DNA of 64,000 nt from Balanoglossus misakiensis (Eukaryota; Animalia; Hemichordata): the NCBI GenBank assembly GCA_040954595.2, contig CM082594.2:8067573-8131572 (forward strand), given 5' to 3'. The notes beneath the pieces were generated by a model that had not been told where the DNA came from, ran no database searches, and worked only from the letters and a program-made list of their open reading frames with translations. Positions 12,701-27,700 of this stretch are shown here, piece by piece. The position numbers were made by a program, and so were the translations under genes. Within the stretch, counting starts at the first letter, position 1. Each line of letters begins with the position of its first letter.

Positions 12701-15700
12701 TTCGTTGGGCAACTTCAGTTTTGGTAAAATCGGACATGTTTGAATTGTCTGTATGTGACTGTGAAAACATCTCAATTAGAACAAGAAGTGTGGAACCAAA
12801 AGGACGCAGCTCTCCCAAAGTTATAATCTGAGAATTATTATTATTATTGTTTAGGTTTTACGTGGAGCGATGGAAGTCCTGTAAATTTCGTGTCATGGGA
12901 CGATGGCGAGCCGAACAACCACGACGATAAGGAAGACTGCGTTGAGATGGCGTTTGCCGCCCCCCGGGGGTGGAATGACCAGAAATGCAGCAGAAAGAGA
13001 AACTGGGTTTGTAAAATTCCAAAGGGGGTGCCTCCCTCTACAACAATGGCTCCACCGACTGCTACAAAGTGTGAGTATACAAACTATGTCCAATCCAAGT
13101 GACGTCCGAGTTTTCTAACTTGTAAAGTCTCTCTCTCCACTGGTGAATGGTTGACCTGGGATCCACAAAAGTCACTTCTACTAGTCCACTAACATAAGGT
13201 TCACTTTTTTCGATGTAGCTTCAAGCTGTGGCAACGATTTGGACTGGATGTTTGCGCTGGGATCGTGCTACTTCTTCAGTGGGGGTAGCGACAGAGATCG
13301 TAGGAGCTGGAGCGAGGCACGTGATTACTGTCTGGCCAATGGTGGGGACCTGGCGTCCATACATTCGGGGTTAGAACAGGAGTACATCTTTAACGCGGTA
13401 AGGGCTGTCAAGTTGCCAGGGGCAACAAGTTTGTGTTCATTCCTGCTGTTCACGGTCGAATTCAGGATGGGCTGCCTATCCTCGATTTTCTTGATGATGT
13501 CTTGCACATATCAAGACTGAACTAACCATACGTTCACTGTTCTTCATTACGTCATCAGTTACGCGAGAAGCGCACATATTCAGGTTGGATTGGCCTGCGT
13601 GAATACTTCGCCGGTGGAGTCTATTCGTGAGTGTTGTCATTATTATTCCAAAGTCGAGGCCAAAACCTCTTGACAATTTAAGGAGCGTCGAATCATTCAT
13701 AACCAATGGACGACAAGTTAGTCCACCCAAGCAGGCCTGATACATGTAGATTACTTATGAAAAGAAGTCTATCGATAAACCAACATACACGTCTATTTCC
13801 TGTTGCAGATGGTCAGATGGATCGCCCCTGGATTATGTGTATTGGGACGAGCAACAACCAGACGACTTTTATGGATCCGAACAGTGTGTTGAAGTCAGGG
13901 GAACAGGTAATTATTTCTCTTCACGACCAACACACTACTGTTGAGCTAGCTAATAATGTCATTTTGGTTCTGGTACCAAAATGGCTGAATAATTTCAAAA
14001 CCGACAAAAGAAACCAAGCCTACTGTCTGTCTGAACTCCAAAATCAACATTATTTTCCTCCGCCTAACAGACGGCGAATGGAACGATATCAACTGCGGCG
14101 ACCGATATCCATTTGTCTGCAAGAAGCTGACGACGGACACACAGCCCAAGACGGCCGCGCCACCGGTACTTCCGACTGGGAACTGTCCACCTGGATTCAT
14201 GGAGTACAGCAACAGGTGCTACTCGTTCAATGGCGGCGATGAGGTCGTGGCGCTGAGCTGGGACGATGCTCGTCTTGAATGCCAAAGTCGTGGTGGTGAT
14301 TTGGCGAGCATTCATAGCCAAGAAATCCAGTGTAAGTCGCAACAAAACATCGATTGATACCCGATTGGCCATCTCTCCCTCCTTCTGCCCTCGCCAAAAC
14401 CCCCACCTCCCTTCTCCTCTCTCTCTATCTGTCTCTGTCTCTGCCCCCCTCTCTCTCGTCATTTGCGGAATCCGTTACAAATGTGACTCTACCAATATTT
14501 TACAAACAGACACAACTTTGACGATTGTTTCCTGTTAATTATTCCCCACACTAGCGTTTATGACAAGTCAGCTACGCAACATCGAGAACACAATGTGGAT
14601 TGGACTGAGCGATCAGATCACACCGGGCAAATTCCGCTGGCAAGATGGCTCCCCTGTTGACTACACTAACTGGGCCTCTGGTGAACCCAATGGAAGAGTC
14701 CAGGTATTGGTCAATTACAATGGAATCGTATATCATTTACGAATAACGATACCTTTTTTCACGGGTTTCAAGATTAAGTGTGACTGACATATGATTACGA
14801 CGGGAAGTGATTTAATTCACTTTTGAATGATTTCTCATATTTTAGGAAAATTGTGTGGAGATGCACTTTGGCAGTGTTCATGGTCAATGGAATGACGCAC
14901 CGTGTGACGGCTTACGTGGTTATGTCTGCCAGGCATACAAAGGTTAGGGGTCACTTATGCTTAGTTCAATAGAGTGGAGAAACTGATTATACGAACTTGC
15001 CCCCCTCCACTGAATTTTGGATGACACCCTTAGACTCCACGAAGTCCATATTTTACTTTTTGATGTTCAACTTTCCAGACCCATCTTATCCCTCACCCAC
15101 GCAATCCATGAATCCCTGCCAGGCTGGATATGAAAACTACTGGAACGGGTGTTACAAAATGCTGAGTGGGTCCTACACTTGGCAACACGCCAGAGAAGTA
15201 TGTCAGCAGGATGAAGCAGAACTTGTCAGCATTGAAGATGTCTACGAGCAGGCGTACGTCGAGACTTACATGTCGAGAATGAAGAAGCCCATATGGATTG
15301 GACTAAATGATTACATGGTATATTGCTTTCAAAATCCTTGGTTGTTGGGCAAATAAATCATTGACATACGGTACCCCATTGTATTATCATAAACGCAGGA
15401 CAACTACATGAGTATGATGACGTTTGGCAAGAAAAGTTTCAGGGAGATCTGTTTTGGAATGCACGTTCCTTTCTGGACTGTATACGTACTGTGTGTTTTA
15501 TAGCAATCGCCTACATACACTAACGACACTATCATATCGTTTTTTGCAGAAAGGTGGCACGTACAGTTGGTCAGACTCAAGTCCTGTGTTTTACACGAAA
15601 TGGTCTGATGGCGAACCCAGTAAGGATGAAGACGAGGGTTGTGTGAGGATGGGGATGGATGGTGGCTGGGATGATTCCAGGTGTTCGCTTCAAACTGGAG

Positions 15701-17171
15701 CTGTTTGCAAATACTATCTCGGTACGTGATGATGATGGTGGTGGTGGTGGTGATGATGATGACGACGACGACGATGATGTTTACATATCTCAACGCATTA
15801 TCTGTACGCCTAATGTATGATCAATTCGTCCACAGGTAACAAACCCACCACACCCGCACCAGCTGCCGGGAGCTGTTACTTTGGCAACGGAAGCCGGTGG
15901 TCGGAGTACCACAACTACTGTTACAACATGGACGGTCTCAAGAAAGTGGGCAGTTGGGCAGCGTCCGCCTATGAGTGCGACAAGATTGGCGGCTACATCG
16001 TCACCATTGACGACGAAGACGAAAACAACTACATACACAAGATGATTTCGGAAAGTTACTCGAACATTTGGCTTGGACTCACTCGAAATGAATTAGGTAT
16101 GATACGGAGGGCCTTTCTTCAGAGTGTGATCATGTTATGACGATAGATAAATATTTTGTATGACGCAAAAACATGTTATCGTCAGCAAAACCACGAGACA
16201 GATAATATACTGCACAGCATGGGCGTCTGGGGGAACCTAACAACATTGATGACTTACAGACAACGAGAAACTACTGGACATCAAAATTAATGCAATTTCC
16301 CTATTGTGTTTCGATAGGTGGGTTTGGATGGGTTGACGACTCACCTTTAGACTTCACAAACTGGGCACCAGGCGAACCCAACAACGTCGACGAGAACGAA
16401 GGCTGTGGAGAGATGTATTACCGATCCAACGAATGGAATGACGTGGACTGCAGCGGTTCTGCTGGATTCGTCTGTAAGAGACAGAAAGGTAGATTAAATA
16501 AATTCGAATTATGTGAAATTGCAAATGACAATGATTTTTTGCCGGTCACGTGTACATATTCAAACTTGTGTGAGTATGGTCGAACTGAAAATCATAGTAC
16601 ACGTGAATTCGAAGTGAATAGTTTCAGTTGTGTGTCTAAGAATTTTAGACTCCATAATCTGTGCCTACAAGAAGCTGATGACCCTAATTCCTATTTGTCC
16701 ATAGGTTCAATGTACCCAACGCCACCGGTGGTAAAAGACCCCAGCGAACAAACCGGTGAGTCATGCGTTTTAGTTTCAACGACTTTGTGCCGTGACGTCA
16801 TCGTGAATAATTATACGAAAAATAGAGGAAACTTGGGAATCGGTCGTTGATTGAACAGTTTTTTTCATTTATTCGTTTCAATCGATCTCTCTACAGGTGG
16901 AATCAGTGGCGGCGCTATCTCCGGTATTGTACTTGGTGTCGTTTTCGCGGTAGTTGTTGTTTTGGCCGTCATCTACGTTCTACTCTTCGGCAGAAGTTTG
17001 CCGTGGGGCACCTCCAAGTTGGAAGAGGACACGACCACCGGCTTCGATAACGCCACGTATGCACCGTCACCCGTGGTTGTTGTTGACGATACTCTGAAAC
17101 TCGATTTCAACGAGGCTGCAACTGCGGCCGTGTCTACCAGCAACGATGCTGCCACCAGCGCTGACGCCTAG
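3746..17171 (+). CDS. Macrophage mannose receptor-like multi-CTLD type I membrane lectin, copy 1: SP-CTLD1-5-PAN-CTLD6[FAMeT insert]-CTLD7-12-TM-tail
   Basis: About 42 coding exons join in frame from signal peptide exon 3746-3794 (MESILRCVVLFAVLSS|AFSQNCPAGW) to the stop at 17171. Twelve repeats of CxxGW..CY..W..A...C...WIGL..W.DG..NW..EPN/QPD..C..WND..C..IC, a TM helix (AISGIVLGVVFAVVVVLAVIYVLLF) and a tail with GFDNATY. Confidence 0.9.
7767..7879 (+). repeat. (GAAT)n microsatellite, intronic
   Basis: About 28 gaat/gaac units just after the donor at 7754. Confidence 0.97.
9093..9332 (+). other. PAN/apple domain exon of lectin gene 1 (240 nt, phase 1-1)
   Basis: VTAQDCAQRCLRETTFTCYSFDYDKVSMTCELSSYT...NYDYY matches the C-x3-C...C-x-SF-x-Y...C-x-L PAN pattern. 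Confidence 0.85.
10032..10466 (+). other. FAMeT-like (Methyltransf_FA) domain exon of lectin gene 1 (435 nt, phase 1-1), nested within CTLD6
   Basis: FEVKASSDVHIALS...[17 protein letters not shown]...VSPSEFRAFWV...IAVG...FMEWTDPDPLVVNYIGYSTGFGSNGEF is the characteristic signature of this domain, which also occurs in CPAMD8. Confidence 0.88.
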
Positions 17172-18774
17172 AACTCACAAGAATGCTTCCCTGAGGTGCA
17201 ATTCTTGGGGGAACAGACAACTTTTCTGTTTATACACTGTTTTATGAACTGCCACGTTAGACGTGAAGACACTCGAACAGCACTGGCGAGAACTTTCTGT
17301 TTCCTTAGATTTCAGTGGTCCAATAAAAAACAAACGCATGCCCGCTTCTGTTACTGCAAGGCATAATCACACAATGTTTTTTGTGATTTTAAATCATTAA
17401 TGCACACCACATCCAGTGTGATGTGTTTGCTATTGAAGAGACTTTTTCGGGAATATGATTTCTTTACGCAATAAACGATTGTAATTGTATTATAAGCTGT
17501 TTTGTAATGAATTTGTATAACAATTCTTGCAAGTGTAAATAAAAGAGTTTAAATGTAACTTGCCTAGTATGTTTTATATCTGGTCACCAACATTTGTGAC
17601 GTAAAATGACACGTGACCTCATGATCATTTGATACGGCCAAAGTCCATCTGATGAACATGAATCATTATCTGTTTGGCCGATATGGAAAAAAGTCGGACG
17701 AATTTTTATCTTCGATTTTTGCTTTTGTTGAGACGATTTTCAAGCTCTCGTATAAGGTTAGACCCACACTGTACCATATTTACCAAAATATGAATCGAAT
17801 TTTACCAAATTGTGTCGAATTTTTAAACCAATATTTTACGCAAGAATCCGTGAGCATTGTTTTGGAATTTGATCATCCACACCCCCATAAGCACACGGAT
17901 ACCGGCTTACCCTTTATATCATATCAGAGATGGTACATGTATATACAAATCCTGCTTTTTCATCCAAAACACGTGTATAAAAACGTTTTACCAGGTGCTG
18001 GGCGGCCGTGAGTGGTCGAGCATGCGCATAACCATAACCTATACTGTTTAAATATTCTCACGTGAGAATGCATGTGCGATTTTTCGTTGGACTTACAAAA
18101 TAAACATTTATTCCTTACATATAAAAAATCATGTTAATAATGATCACTGCGATAGTATTTAAGTTTCTCATATATTTTCATGTTTTTATACATGTACCAA
18201 AAAAGACATGTTGAAAGTTCACTGATAGCAGTTCGGTGTTTTTACTTCGTTGCGAAACGATTTAAGCTCGCAATCTGAAGATGAGCGATATAATCTAACA
18301 GGTTGTCTCCATCTTGATTGGTTACGAAACTAAAGGGTTTTTAAACTTTTCGATTTCAATGAAAGTCGTCATTGAAACAGGAGATCTTCTCTGGTAACGA
18401 TCAAGAAAAAGGGAATACACAAGCATAAGACAAAAAAGCTTCACGAAGACTTTGGTTTCGTTCTTCTCCATCCAACTGAAGAAACACTGCAAAACGTCTC
18501 ACATATACGAAGCAGGATTTCGCCAAAATTTTTAAATCTGCCCTTCGTTTCCGTATCGACCACCCCTTTTGTCGCAGTGGACTTATCCAAGGTAGTCTTG
18601 ATCATGAACAAGCTTCATCGAAGATAACCGGGAACATCGATTGTAGTCTCTCTAATCCGCGCAGCAGGCGTTGTCCAGTGGGTGCACTGAGGTACCAAGT
18701 ACCAGAACATTCTCCCCACATTCAAAATTGAACTGAAATCCTGGTGATAGTGTTTCATAGGAACAAGTTTCACC

Positions 18775-21700
18775 ATGGCGTTCACCCTACAAACTGCCGT
18801 CCTTTTCTTGCTATGCTCATCAGGTAAGTCCAAGTTCGTTTTTAATTAAAGTTGAAAGATGATGTTTACTTGTGGGCGTATCCCTGCCTGTATATAACTG
18901 TGTACCACCAGTAGTCTGCGTCCTTGCTAAACAAACCCAAATTTTCACGAGAACAGAACCTTGCTTATGACTGTTACAAGCGTATGATAAAACTACATGT
19001 ACAATGAAAATTGATGTGGGCCAACGAGAATTCGTTGTGACGTCTAAATCCTTACTTGGAGCAGGTGGAGTTAGCGTCTTATACATAATCATTGTACAGC
19101 CGTGTACCCCAATTTCAACGATGTTAATTACTGAAGAAACCACGACTATATTTAAAAAGCCATACATTGTTTCTAAGGTTTTTTAATATCCCAAAACCAA
19201 TATGAGAAACCCGGATGCGATGCTCGCGTTGGCATGACACCATCTGGTGGTTGCTTCATGCGTGTGAGTATGATATTGGTGGACAGAATTGTGTTCAAGA
19301 TGATGTTAAACTTTACAAAACAACTTCTGTGGGCCTACAACGTTGGTTGAAGTTGTTTTGATTGACTTTGTGACAACATCAGTGTCCGATCTGTTCAGTG
19401 GGATTTTTAAAACCGAGAGAGAAGTTACTAGGCCCAGGGTACATCTTGTTCCAGCCAAAATGACTTTTCTTATTCTGCACGAATGGTTACGATTTAATCG
19501 TTTCTGATCTGCGAAAACAATGACCATTCCTGCTCGAGTTTCATCCATTGAACATTCAACTTGATTTTCCAGACTTCGAAGCTGCGACATGGATGCTTCT
19601 CTTTCAAGGTTTATTTTAATAGTGACTACTACTAGCCTAACTGTTGACAGAAACGTCTTCGATTCATGATAGCCCTTATAGCAATTCAAGGGCGATGCTT
19701 ACTTAAACAGCTACCTTGGTATCATTTGAAGCTCCGATAGGCCAACATATTGTGATTCGATGTTGACCTTCAACCTGGAGCAGTGGTGGAGTTATATCAC
19801 ACAGGAATTGAGGGTCTATACGAGAGAGGGGGGGGGGGAAAGAGGGATAGATAGGTAGAGATACAGGGAGGGGGAGGAAGAGAGATAAATGCCAAGCTTG
19901 GTGTACTTAGGCTAAGCTAGTGCTGCTACTATTTGTTGGTATGGTATTCGGGATAGCACTTCTACCAAAAGGAGGTAGGCCTAGATAAATCTTGTTCAAA
20001 ACACAAACCTTTGCGAATACGTCAGAAGTGATTAAAAAGCGCCATCACGGTCAATAGCTGTGAGGCAAGCCATCTTACCTACTCCCTGGCGGCTGATGAC
20101 CCCGGAAAGGCGATCGCTCTTGCATCCTCCTGTTTCCCCATCTTCTCCAGCCTCCGCTCCGTTTGATGTGAGATGTATTCAGCGAAGGATGATCATTGGA
20201 CCAGACTAATGTTTGGAAGTCGGACCATGCGTAGAACACCACAGTTGATCAAAAATCTTGTCATCTTTTACGATTGTCACCACGTTACCATTTTTTATCT
20301 TCAGCGTTTGCACAGTTTCGATGTCCCTCCGGCGACTGGCATCTGTACAACGGGCGATGCTACCAGGCACGCGACCAAGACGGCTCGATGACCTGGTACG
20401 ACGCTGAAGATATGTGTGAGAAAATGGGCGGAATATTAGCTGTCGTAGACTCGATAGATGTGAATGTGAGTATAACACATTAAATATATGGTGATGCATG
20501 GTGGATGTGTTGCGGTTTTCTCGACGATGAGGGCGCTTCAATGACCATTTCTGGGTTTGCCAATACAATTTTACTTTTAGACTCCAAATAACAGCATTTT
20601 ATCGAGTGTTTATGAATTGTATGACAGGATGGGGGAGGGGAGGAGTTTCTCAAATGTCCTACCGCACTTTTTTTACAGACTATGATTTTTTTCACAGAAT
20701 TTCTTAGCTTCAATCAGTGATCTTACTAACAATCACTGGATTGGTTTACATGACATTGGCACAGAAGGCACATTTGTCTGGGTAGATGGAACAACATATG
20801 ATGCAAGCCAGTCGTAAGTACACTATGTTATTGTAAAAAAAAAACATTTTCATATCATATATTTCCTAATGTGAGCACATGTTAATATTGAACAATTGTA
20901 ACATGCAATCTTCAGTTATACTTAAAACTTTTGCATTGAACAAAAAACATTTGGTTTTCAATATACTTTTGTTTTTTTTTAAAAGTGAGTTGATTTCTTT
21001 ATTAGGCTCAACCTCTATATAGAACCACTTATATAAGTTTTTCAACTGTTTAAATAGCATGATATATTGTTGCTGAAAGTTTATTTGCTGTCTTCTCTAA
21101 CTTCACACACGTGATGAACCCAGATTACCAATTTTCTTCTTGACTCTGTCAGTAATTGGGATGCTGGTCAGCCCGACAACTACAATGATGTGGAGGACTG
21201 TGTACATATCAAGAGTAATCAAAAATGGAATGACCAGAGTTGTAGTAATACCCTGCCAGGATATTTCTGCCAGCATGTAGCAGGTAAGCGGGACAACTGT
21301 TAATTGTAGTCTTTGTAAAAGTATTCAAATCTACCACCTTCCTAAAAAGTTTACGTTTCAGAGGGCGCCCTCTATAGGGCACAATTGAAACTTCAAAGTT
21401 CTCCACATTCCTTTTTCTACATTTAAAATACTAGTACTCTGCTCTAACTTGCAACCCGTCATGGTTGAATATATGGGATCATTTTTGACACATTGAGGCA
21501 AATGGTATCACGAAATGTGTTTGTTTGTCTAATGAAACAAAGCCCCAAATAATTATATTAAAGGCACCTAAAAATGAAAAATAGTTATCAATAGTTATAC
21601 AACATGATGTTACATTTAAGATGTTCCCATCAAATGTGATGAAGACAACGGGTGGTCCTCCGTCAATGATATGTGTTACAAGTACATGGACACATGGGCG

Positions 21701-24700
21701 ACATTCTCCGGAGCTCAAGCTTACTGCCAGAAGATGGATGCCAATTTAGTGACAATTGAAAATCAGTACGTCCAGGATTATGTTGTTGGAGTGTCGGAAC
21801 TTTACCAGACTGAGATGTGGATTGGTGCATCAGATACCGTGAGTGTTCATTACAATCTGTATAATATCAAAAACCGCTGAGGATTAAAATTCAGAAAGAG
21901 AACTTTTTATTGGATTTTGTCCCCCTTCTTTGCATCCTTGCACAGCCTTACTTTCTTTCAAGTGGCCATAAGGACCAAGTATGATCATATCATTTTGGTT
22001 TTTGATATAGGGTCACCTAAGATCATGTGTTGTCAATAATTTTCTTGTTAAATCTGCCCACATAGATAAGTGCTACAACTGGATCCTTTACATGGATAGA
22101 TGGATCTGCATTGTCCTACACAAACTGGGCTGTAGGAGAACCAAAATCAGGGTCAGTATATGTCTACTTTTTTTTCCAAAACTCGAATCAATTGAGGGGG
22201 GTTCACCTATCATTTGAAAGCCGATGAGATTCTTCAGATGGTAAATTTAACCTAAAAGGCAAAACTTTCAATACACTTTTGACCAGCAAAACATACTTCA
22301 ATGAAATTGAATCTAACACGTTATACTCACAGGTACAGCAGCAACTGTGCACAGATCGTTTATGGCAACAACGGTGAATGGACAACGCAAGACTGTGAGA
22401 GTATGCAGAGACATTTTGTCTGCGCGAAAATGGAAGGTTTGTAGTACCCGGCATACGCCAATTTTATTAGTGGCTTAAATTCCTAAGTTTCCCTCAAATA
22501 AGGAATGATCTGTCTTCCCAGTGTTTTTTTTTTTATTTTCCAGAAGTTTTCTATGATTAGGCATAATTCTCTTAATAGTCAAATACTATTTTTTCCTCTT
22601 CTTTTAGGGACATGCGAGTCTGGTTGGCTTATCAACAAAGGATCGTGTTATCAGTTCAATACATTCACACCGGCAACTTGGACAGATGCCAAACACACCT
22701 GCGACATCCAAGGGGGTCATCTCATAACAATCAACAAGTAAGTTAAAAAAAACATCATCTCGTTGCAAGAAAAACTGCAGTAAATACCGGCATCTATGTT
22801 GATGATACTCAGCATGGATGTGAAGTATATCTGATATGCATATACATGATAGATTTTATTTTGTTTTGTGGAATGTACTTAACAGTTACTCAACTGTATA
22901 ACTGTTGCACATGTTTTCAATTTTCCTTCTGTATCTTCTTCATGATAGTCAGGAAGAAAACGCATATTTAATGACTCAGTTTGAATACCTGAGAAGTGCT
23001 GGAATTTCTGACATATGGATTGGACTCTCAGGTTAGTAGTGAAACAGGTTATGGAAATATTTGATGCATTTCTGTACAGAAAGCATCAGAAGCCATCACT
23101 TTTTTCCAATTGTCTCAAGTTAATTTAGCAACTCAGCTTGATTACATAATATTACTTTTTTAATACTACTACTTTATGTATAAGGAAAAATATTAATGAG
23201 AAATGGAATTTTTCTTTCTTTTATTCTTTTAGACAAAAATACTGATGGGAATTTTGTCTGGGCTGATGGAAGCAACGCAAATCCCTCCTACACCAATTGG
23301 AATTCTGGTGAACCCCGAAATGTACCTTCACAAGATGATTGTGGATCTATTTATGTTGGTATGTGAGCTCAGATATATTTCTTCTTGTGACAAGTGTATT
23401 ATGATCAATTATTTCATGGTATACTTGATGCCTACACAATTCAGCACAGACAAGTTATTAGCGTGAAAAGGGGTTTACCTTGAAACTACGTTTCACTCTT
23501 TTCATCATCTCCCAATAAAATGAGAAAAACATATTTTAGAATTTTCTGTTCTTCCCTTCTCAGATTCGTCTACTGGAGCCTGGGATGTTCTTGGGTGCTA
23601 CATACTCCAAGCATTCATCTGTGAAATACCCGTTGGTGAGTGAGGTTTAGAAATAAAAGTACAGTAGCATTTCTGGCTTCAAACCCCAGGTTTCATGGTT
23701 TAGCCAAGTTTTGTACACTGTATGTACTATGGCTGGGAATATCACTGGTCGGTGATTCTTGAAAATTTCGAGAAATTTCAGCACACATCACATTCAGTTA
23801 ACTATAATCAATGTACAACTTCCAGTAACAAACACACAGGAATGCAAAAGGATAGTTACCATCCCCACTGACCTACACTAGAATAGTCAAAGATGCAATC
23901 TTATCTATGATGTTTTTTGTCTGTACTTCAACAGGGCAACCTGTAATACCCATTGACCCAGGCAAAGGTAAGTGAACTTAACCAAGTGAAAGTGAATGCT
24001 AACATGTTCTATCAAACCTATGTGAAATACTGCAACTTTCTGACTGTAAAGCTTTTGCATGCCTTCAACTATATGTACTATTATGGGCCATTATCACAAT
24101 CTCTTTATGTTTACTGATCTACACCACACCACACCACACCGCACACTTTTACTCCAAAGTGTGTATAATCTATCAGTTCCTCTGATTCTATTGGTACGTA
24201 TATTTTTCTTCCGCAGTGATTGGTAGCTGTCCAGATGCCTGGACCCTCAACGACCAACACTGTTACTACTTCGAGACCAATCAGATGAGTTTTGCCAATG
24301 CTGAGTTGTCCTGTGAGGGCTACGGTGCAACCTTGGCCAGCATTGGAAGTAGTGATGAGCAGAGTTTTCTCTCAGGTACAACAAAAATTGCTTTCCATTT
24401 CTTTAACCCTTTCACAACAAAGTGTTGCAGATAAACTGTACACTGGAGACTCTTTTACTTTGAATTTAAATGATTTCTATCAGACAAATCTTTCATCTGA
24501 TGTGTAATTGTTTCTATTCAGGTCGTGCTGCTACTGTCAATGCCTGGCTGTGGATTGGATTACATGATAGACGCAATGAAAGTGGATGGGAATGGGTTGA
24601 TGGAAGTCAGGTAAGTTGAAAGAGAAAAAAACTTCTCTATTGGCATCTTTTATGAAAATTTCAATAAAATCATTAATGGCAATATTACAACAGAGTTTTC

Positions 24701-27700
24701 TCACAGTTTTCTATATAAGGCTATGGAATATGATAACCTTGCACTCTATGTGATTTTATACAGTATGGCACTTTTCTGAACTGGGCTCCTGACGAACCCA
24801 ACGATTATGGTTCCGGAGAAGACTGCGTTCACATGGATACTGAACGGTCCAGAGTAGGAGAATGGAATGATCGCGCTTGCGATGCTTGGCTGGGATTTGT
24901 GTGCAAAAAACCAAAGTGTGAGTATATAGTAGTTATCATACACTGAAGAACAACAAAGTGGTATATCTCAGATACATTAGATGAAATTCTACAGAGGGAT
25001 TGGTAGAGGTGAATGAAACTGGTCAAAGAATAATTTTTTGACTATGAAGAGGAGTGAAATTGCTTAAACATTCTTCTGATAACTGTGGCTTATTATTCTC
25101 CTCCTGTAGCCTATGATGGTACATTTCAAACAGAAGCCCCCAAAGCTGAACGTAAGTTACATTCAAACCTCGTCTCAAAGTTTTCATTGGACATTTCGAA
25201 TCCTGATTTGAGGTGCTAATTGTGAGACTGATTTCAAGAAAGATGTTATTCATTCATCCTGACTGAATATTTTCCGTGATTATTTTCAGCCGTTGCTGAT
25301 CCCAGATGTGGCGTCGGTTATGAGATTGATTCGTCCACAAACACCTGTTACATGTTTGCTACTGACGTGGCTGTTGATTGGCCGACGGCCGAGGTGGCGT
25401 GTCATCTCAATGGTGGTCATCTTCTCAGTATTAAAAATGAAGCTGAACAGACCTTTGTCAATGGTAATTATGTCAAGAAATTATTATTGGGGGAAAGTAC
25501 GGTATATATATAAGAAGGGTTTTGGAGTCACCATGCATATACCAGGGGATCAGCATGTTAATATAATGCATTTAATATGAACAAACTGGCTATCTCGCAT
25601 CTATCATGGGGTTTAAGTCTAAGACATTTGCAGTTTGTAATGGAATAGAGATTAAGTTTGAGTCAGATTTTTCAAATGAATATGATACCCTAAGAAAATT
25701 AGTCCAAAGATTCAACGTCCGATAGATGTGTTCACCATCTTTTCATTTCAATTTGAGAGTTCACTTTCAGAGTGGAACACTGGTTCTTGAAAAAATAATC
25801 AGGTTTGTTCCTTCGATTTTTCGCCTCTTTTAGCGCGTATGTATGGATTGACCTCATCCGTGCTTTGGATCGGAGCGAACGACCGAACTGACGAAGGCGG
25901 CTGGGAATGGTGTGACGGAACACCCTTTGCTTACCTCAACTGGGGTCCAGGTTTGTGAAACTCTCCAGAATAATCGCCATTTTATCCCGAATATATGGAC
26001 TGTCGACAGCCCCTTGTGCTGTCCGTTGTCTTGCGAACTAAACTGTGCAAAGTTGTTCAACGGTGTCTGTTTAGGTCAATGCCCCAGCTTAACCTAACCT
26101 ATAGCTTTTTGTCCTGCCTTTGACGTTTTGCTGTAATTTGCCTATGATAGCGACTGCATCACTGATTTAGACAAAGACAGTCTATGAATGCACAGTGCAA
26201 TACACTATGTACATGTACATGTATACTGGAGAACTAGTATAGTTCTTTATGATTTTCTGAGTACCAGTGAATGTCAGACCGTTTTCCAGAGATTCCCATA
26301 CACATATATTTGTTTGTTGTTTTAAATATGCAGGTGAACCCAATGATTACGATCACGGCACATCCGGGGAAGATTGTACGGAGATTGTGGTCAGTACCGG
26401 ACAATGGAATGATCACAGATGCGATCAAACAATTGGTTACATCTGTAAAAACCAAGGTGAGGAAAAAAGATACAAAATATTCACCAAACATGAAAATTAC
26501 ACTGTATGTAATTGTCCTAAACAAAAACTCAGATGACTGTCAGTCACATGGGGATCTGATACTCGATGCTGTGAAATTCATTTGTTTGTATGAGCCACTA
26601 TTCAATCCCATTACAGTTTAACCCTTTCACCCCCAGTTCCCTCTATAGAGGTCCAACCTTACCATAGAAAACAATGGATTTGATCCAAACCATGGTGGTG
26701 AAAGGGTTAAAAAACTGTTTTCGTAGTCTTATTTTCTAACAAGAGTACATTTCCTTGTAACTTTGCAGGCGATATTGTGGACTACTTCAACGTTTACCGG
26801 GGCTACGTTTTGGACGGCTTCGACCAGTTGCGCATCGACAACGTCTACGCAGATGAATGTGCAAAGCGCTGCCTGGAGGAAACATCCTTCATCTGTTACT
26901 CGTTCGATTACGACAGGATCAATATGGCGTGCGAGTTGAGTAGTTACACCAAGGAGACGGCGGGAATTGCTTTGAGAAGTGATGCCAATTTTGACCACTA
27001 TCAAGTTGGTAAGTCTCAGAGAAGTATAAACAAAAGACTTGAATCACTTGGACACAAGATTATACTCTGCCAACACAACACAGGTCCTCATATAATTATA
27101 AGACACAAAAGTTTTGGTCCATTCCTGTCACAAATCTGAGCATTAAACAAATAAAGATTATATGATTAAAATATAAATCCGTACAGTTTTTTGATTTGAC
27201 ACGGTGAAATAATTTTCTTTAAAACACATCTTTTTTGTGTGTAGGAGTTTCAGCTATTTCACTGGCTATACTGTACCCGTACATGCTCACAATTAAGTCA
27301 AACATATCTTCCTTTTTCTTAGTGACTCTTAAACAGCCTGAAGTGCCCACAACATTGGCACCAAACTCTCGATGTGAATATGGATGGTATTCCTACGGCA
27401 GTTACTGTTATTTCCTGCAAACTGTCAGTATGACCTGGAATGATGCCAGAGACGTCTGTCGCCGTGACGGCGCTGACTTGGTCTCCATCAAGGATATCAA
27501 CGAGAACTCGTTTGTCTTGTCACTGGTACAAAAAAGTAAGGATAGTCACCAGTCATCATCTTCTTACATGTGACTGAGTGTTTTGTTAAATTTGTATACA
27601 GAGTGCATTTTGAGCTTGAATTTTTCTTTATCTCTTTTACCCATTAGAAGTTTCTTATATACAGATCAGAAGTCATGCAACGTACATGTAGTCAAAAGAT

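Noticed and set aside
17652-19689. ORFs of 115-127 aa upstream of and inside intron 1 of lectin gene 2, as possible transposase remnants
   Set aside because: I could not recognise DDE, RT or other motifs, terminal repeats or target duplications.
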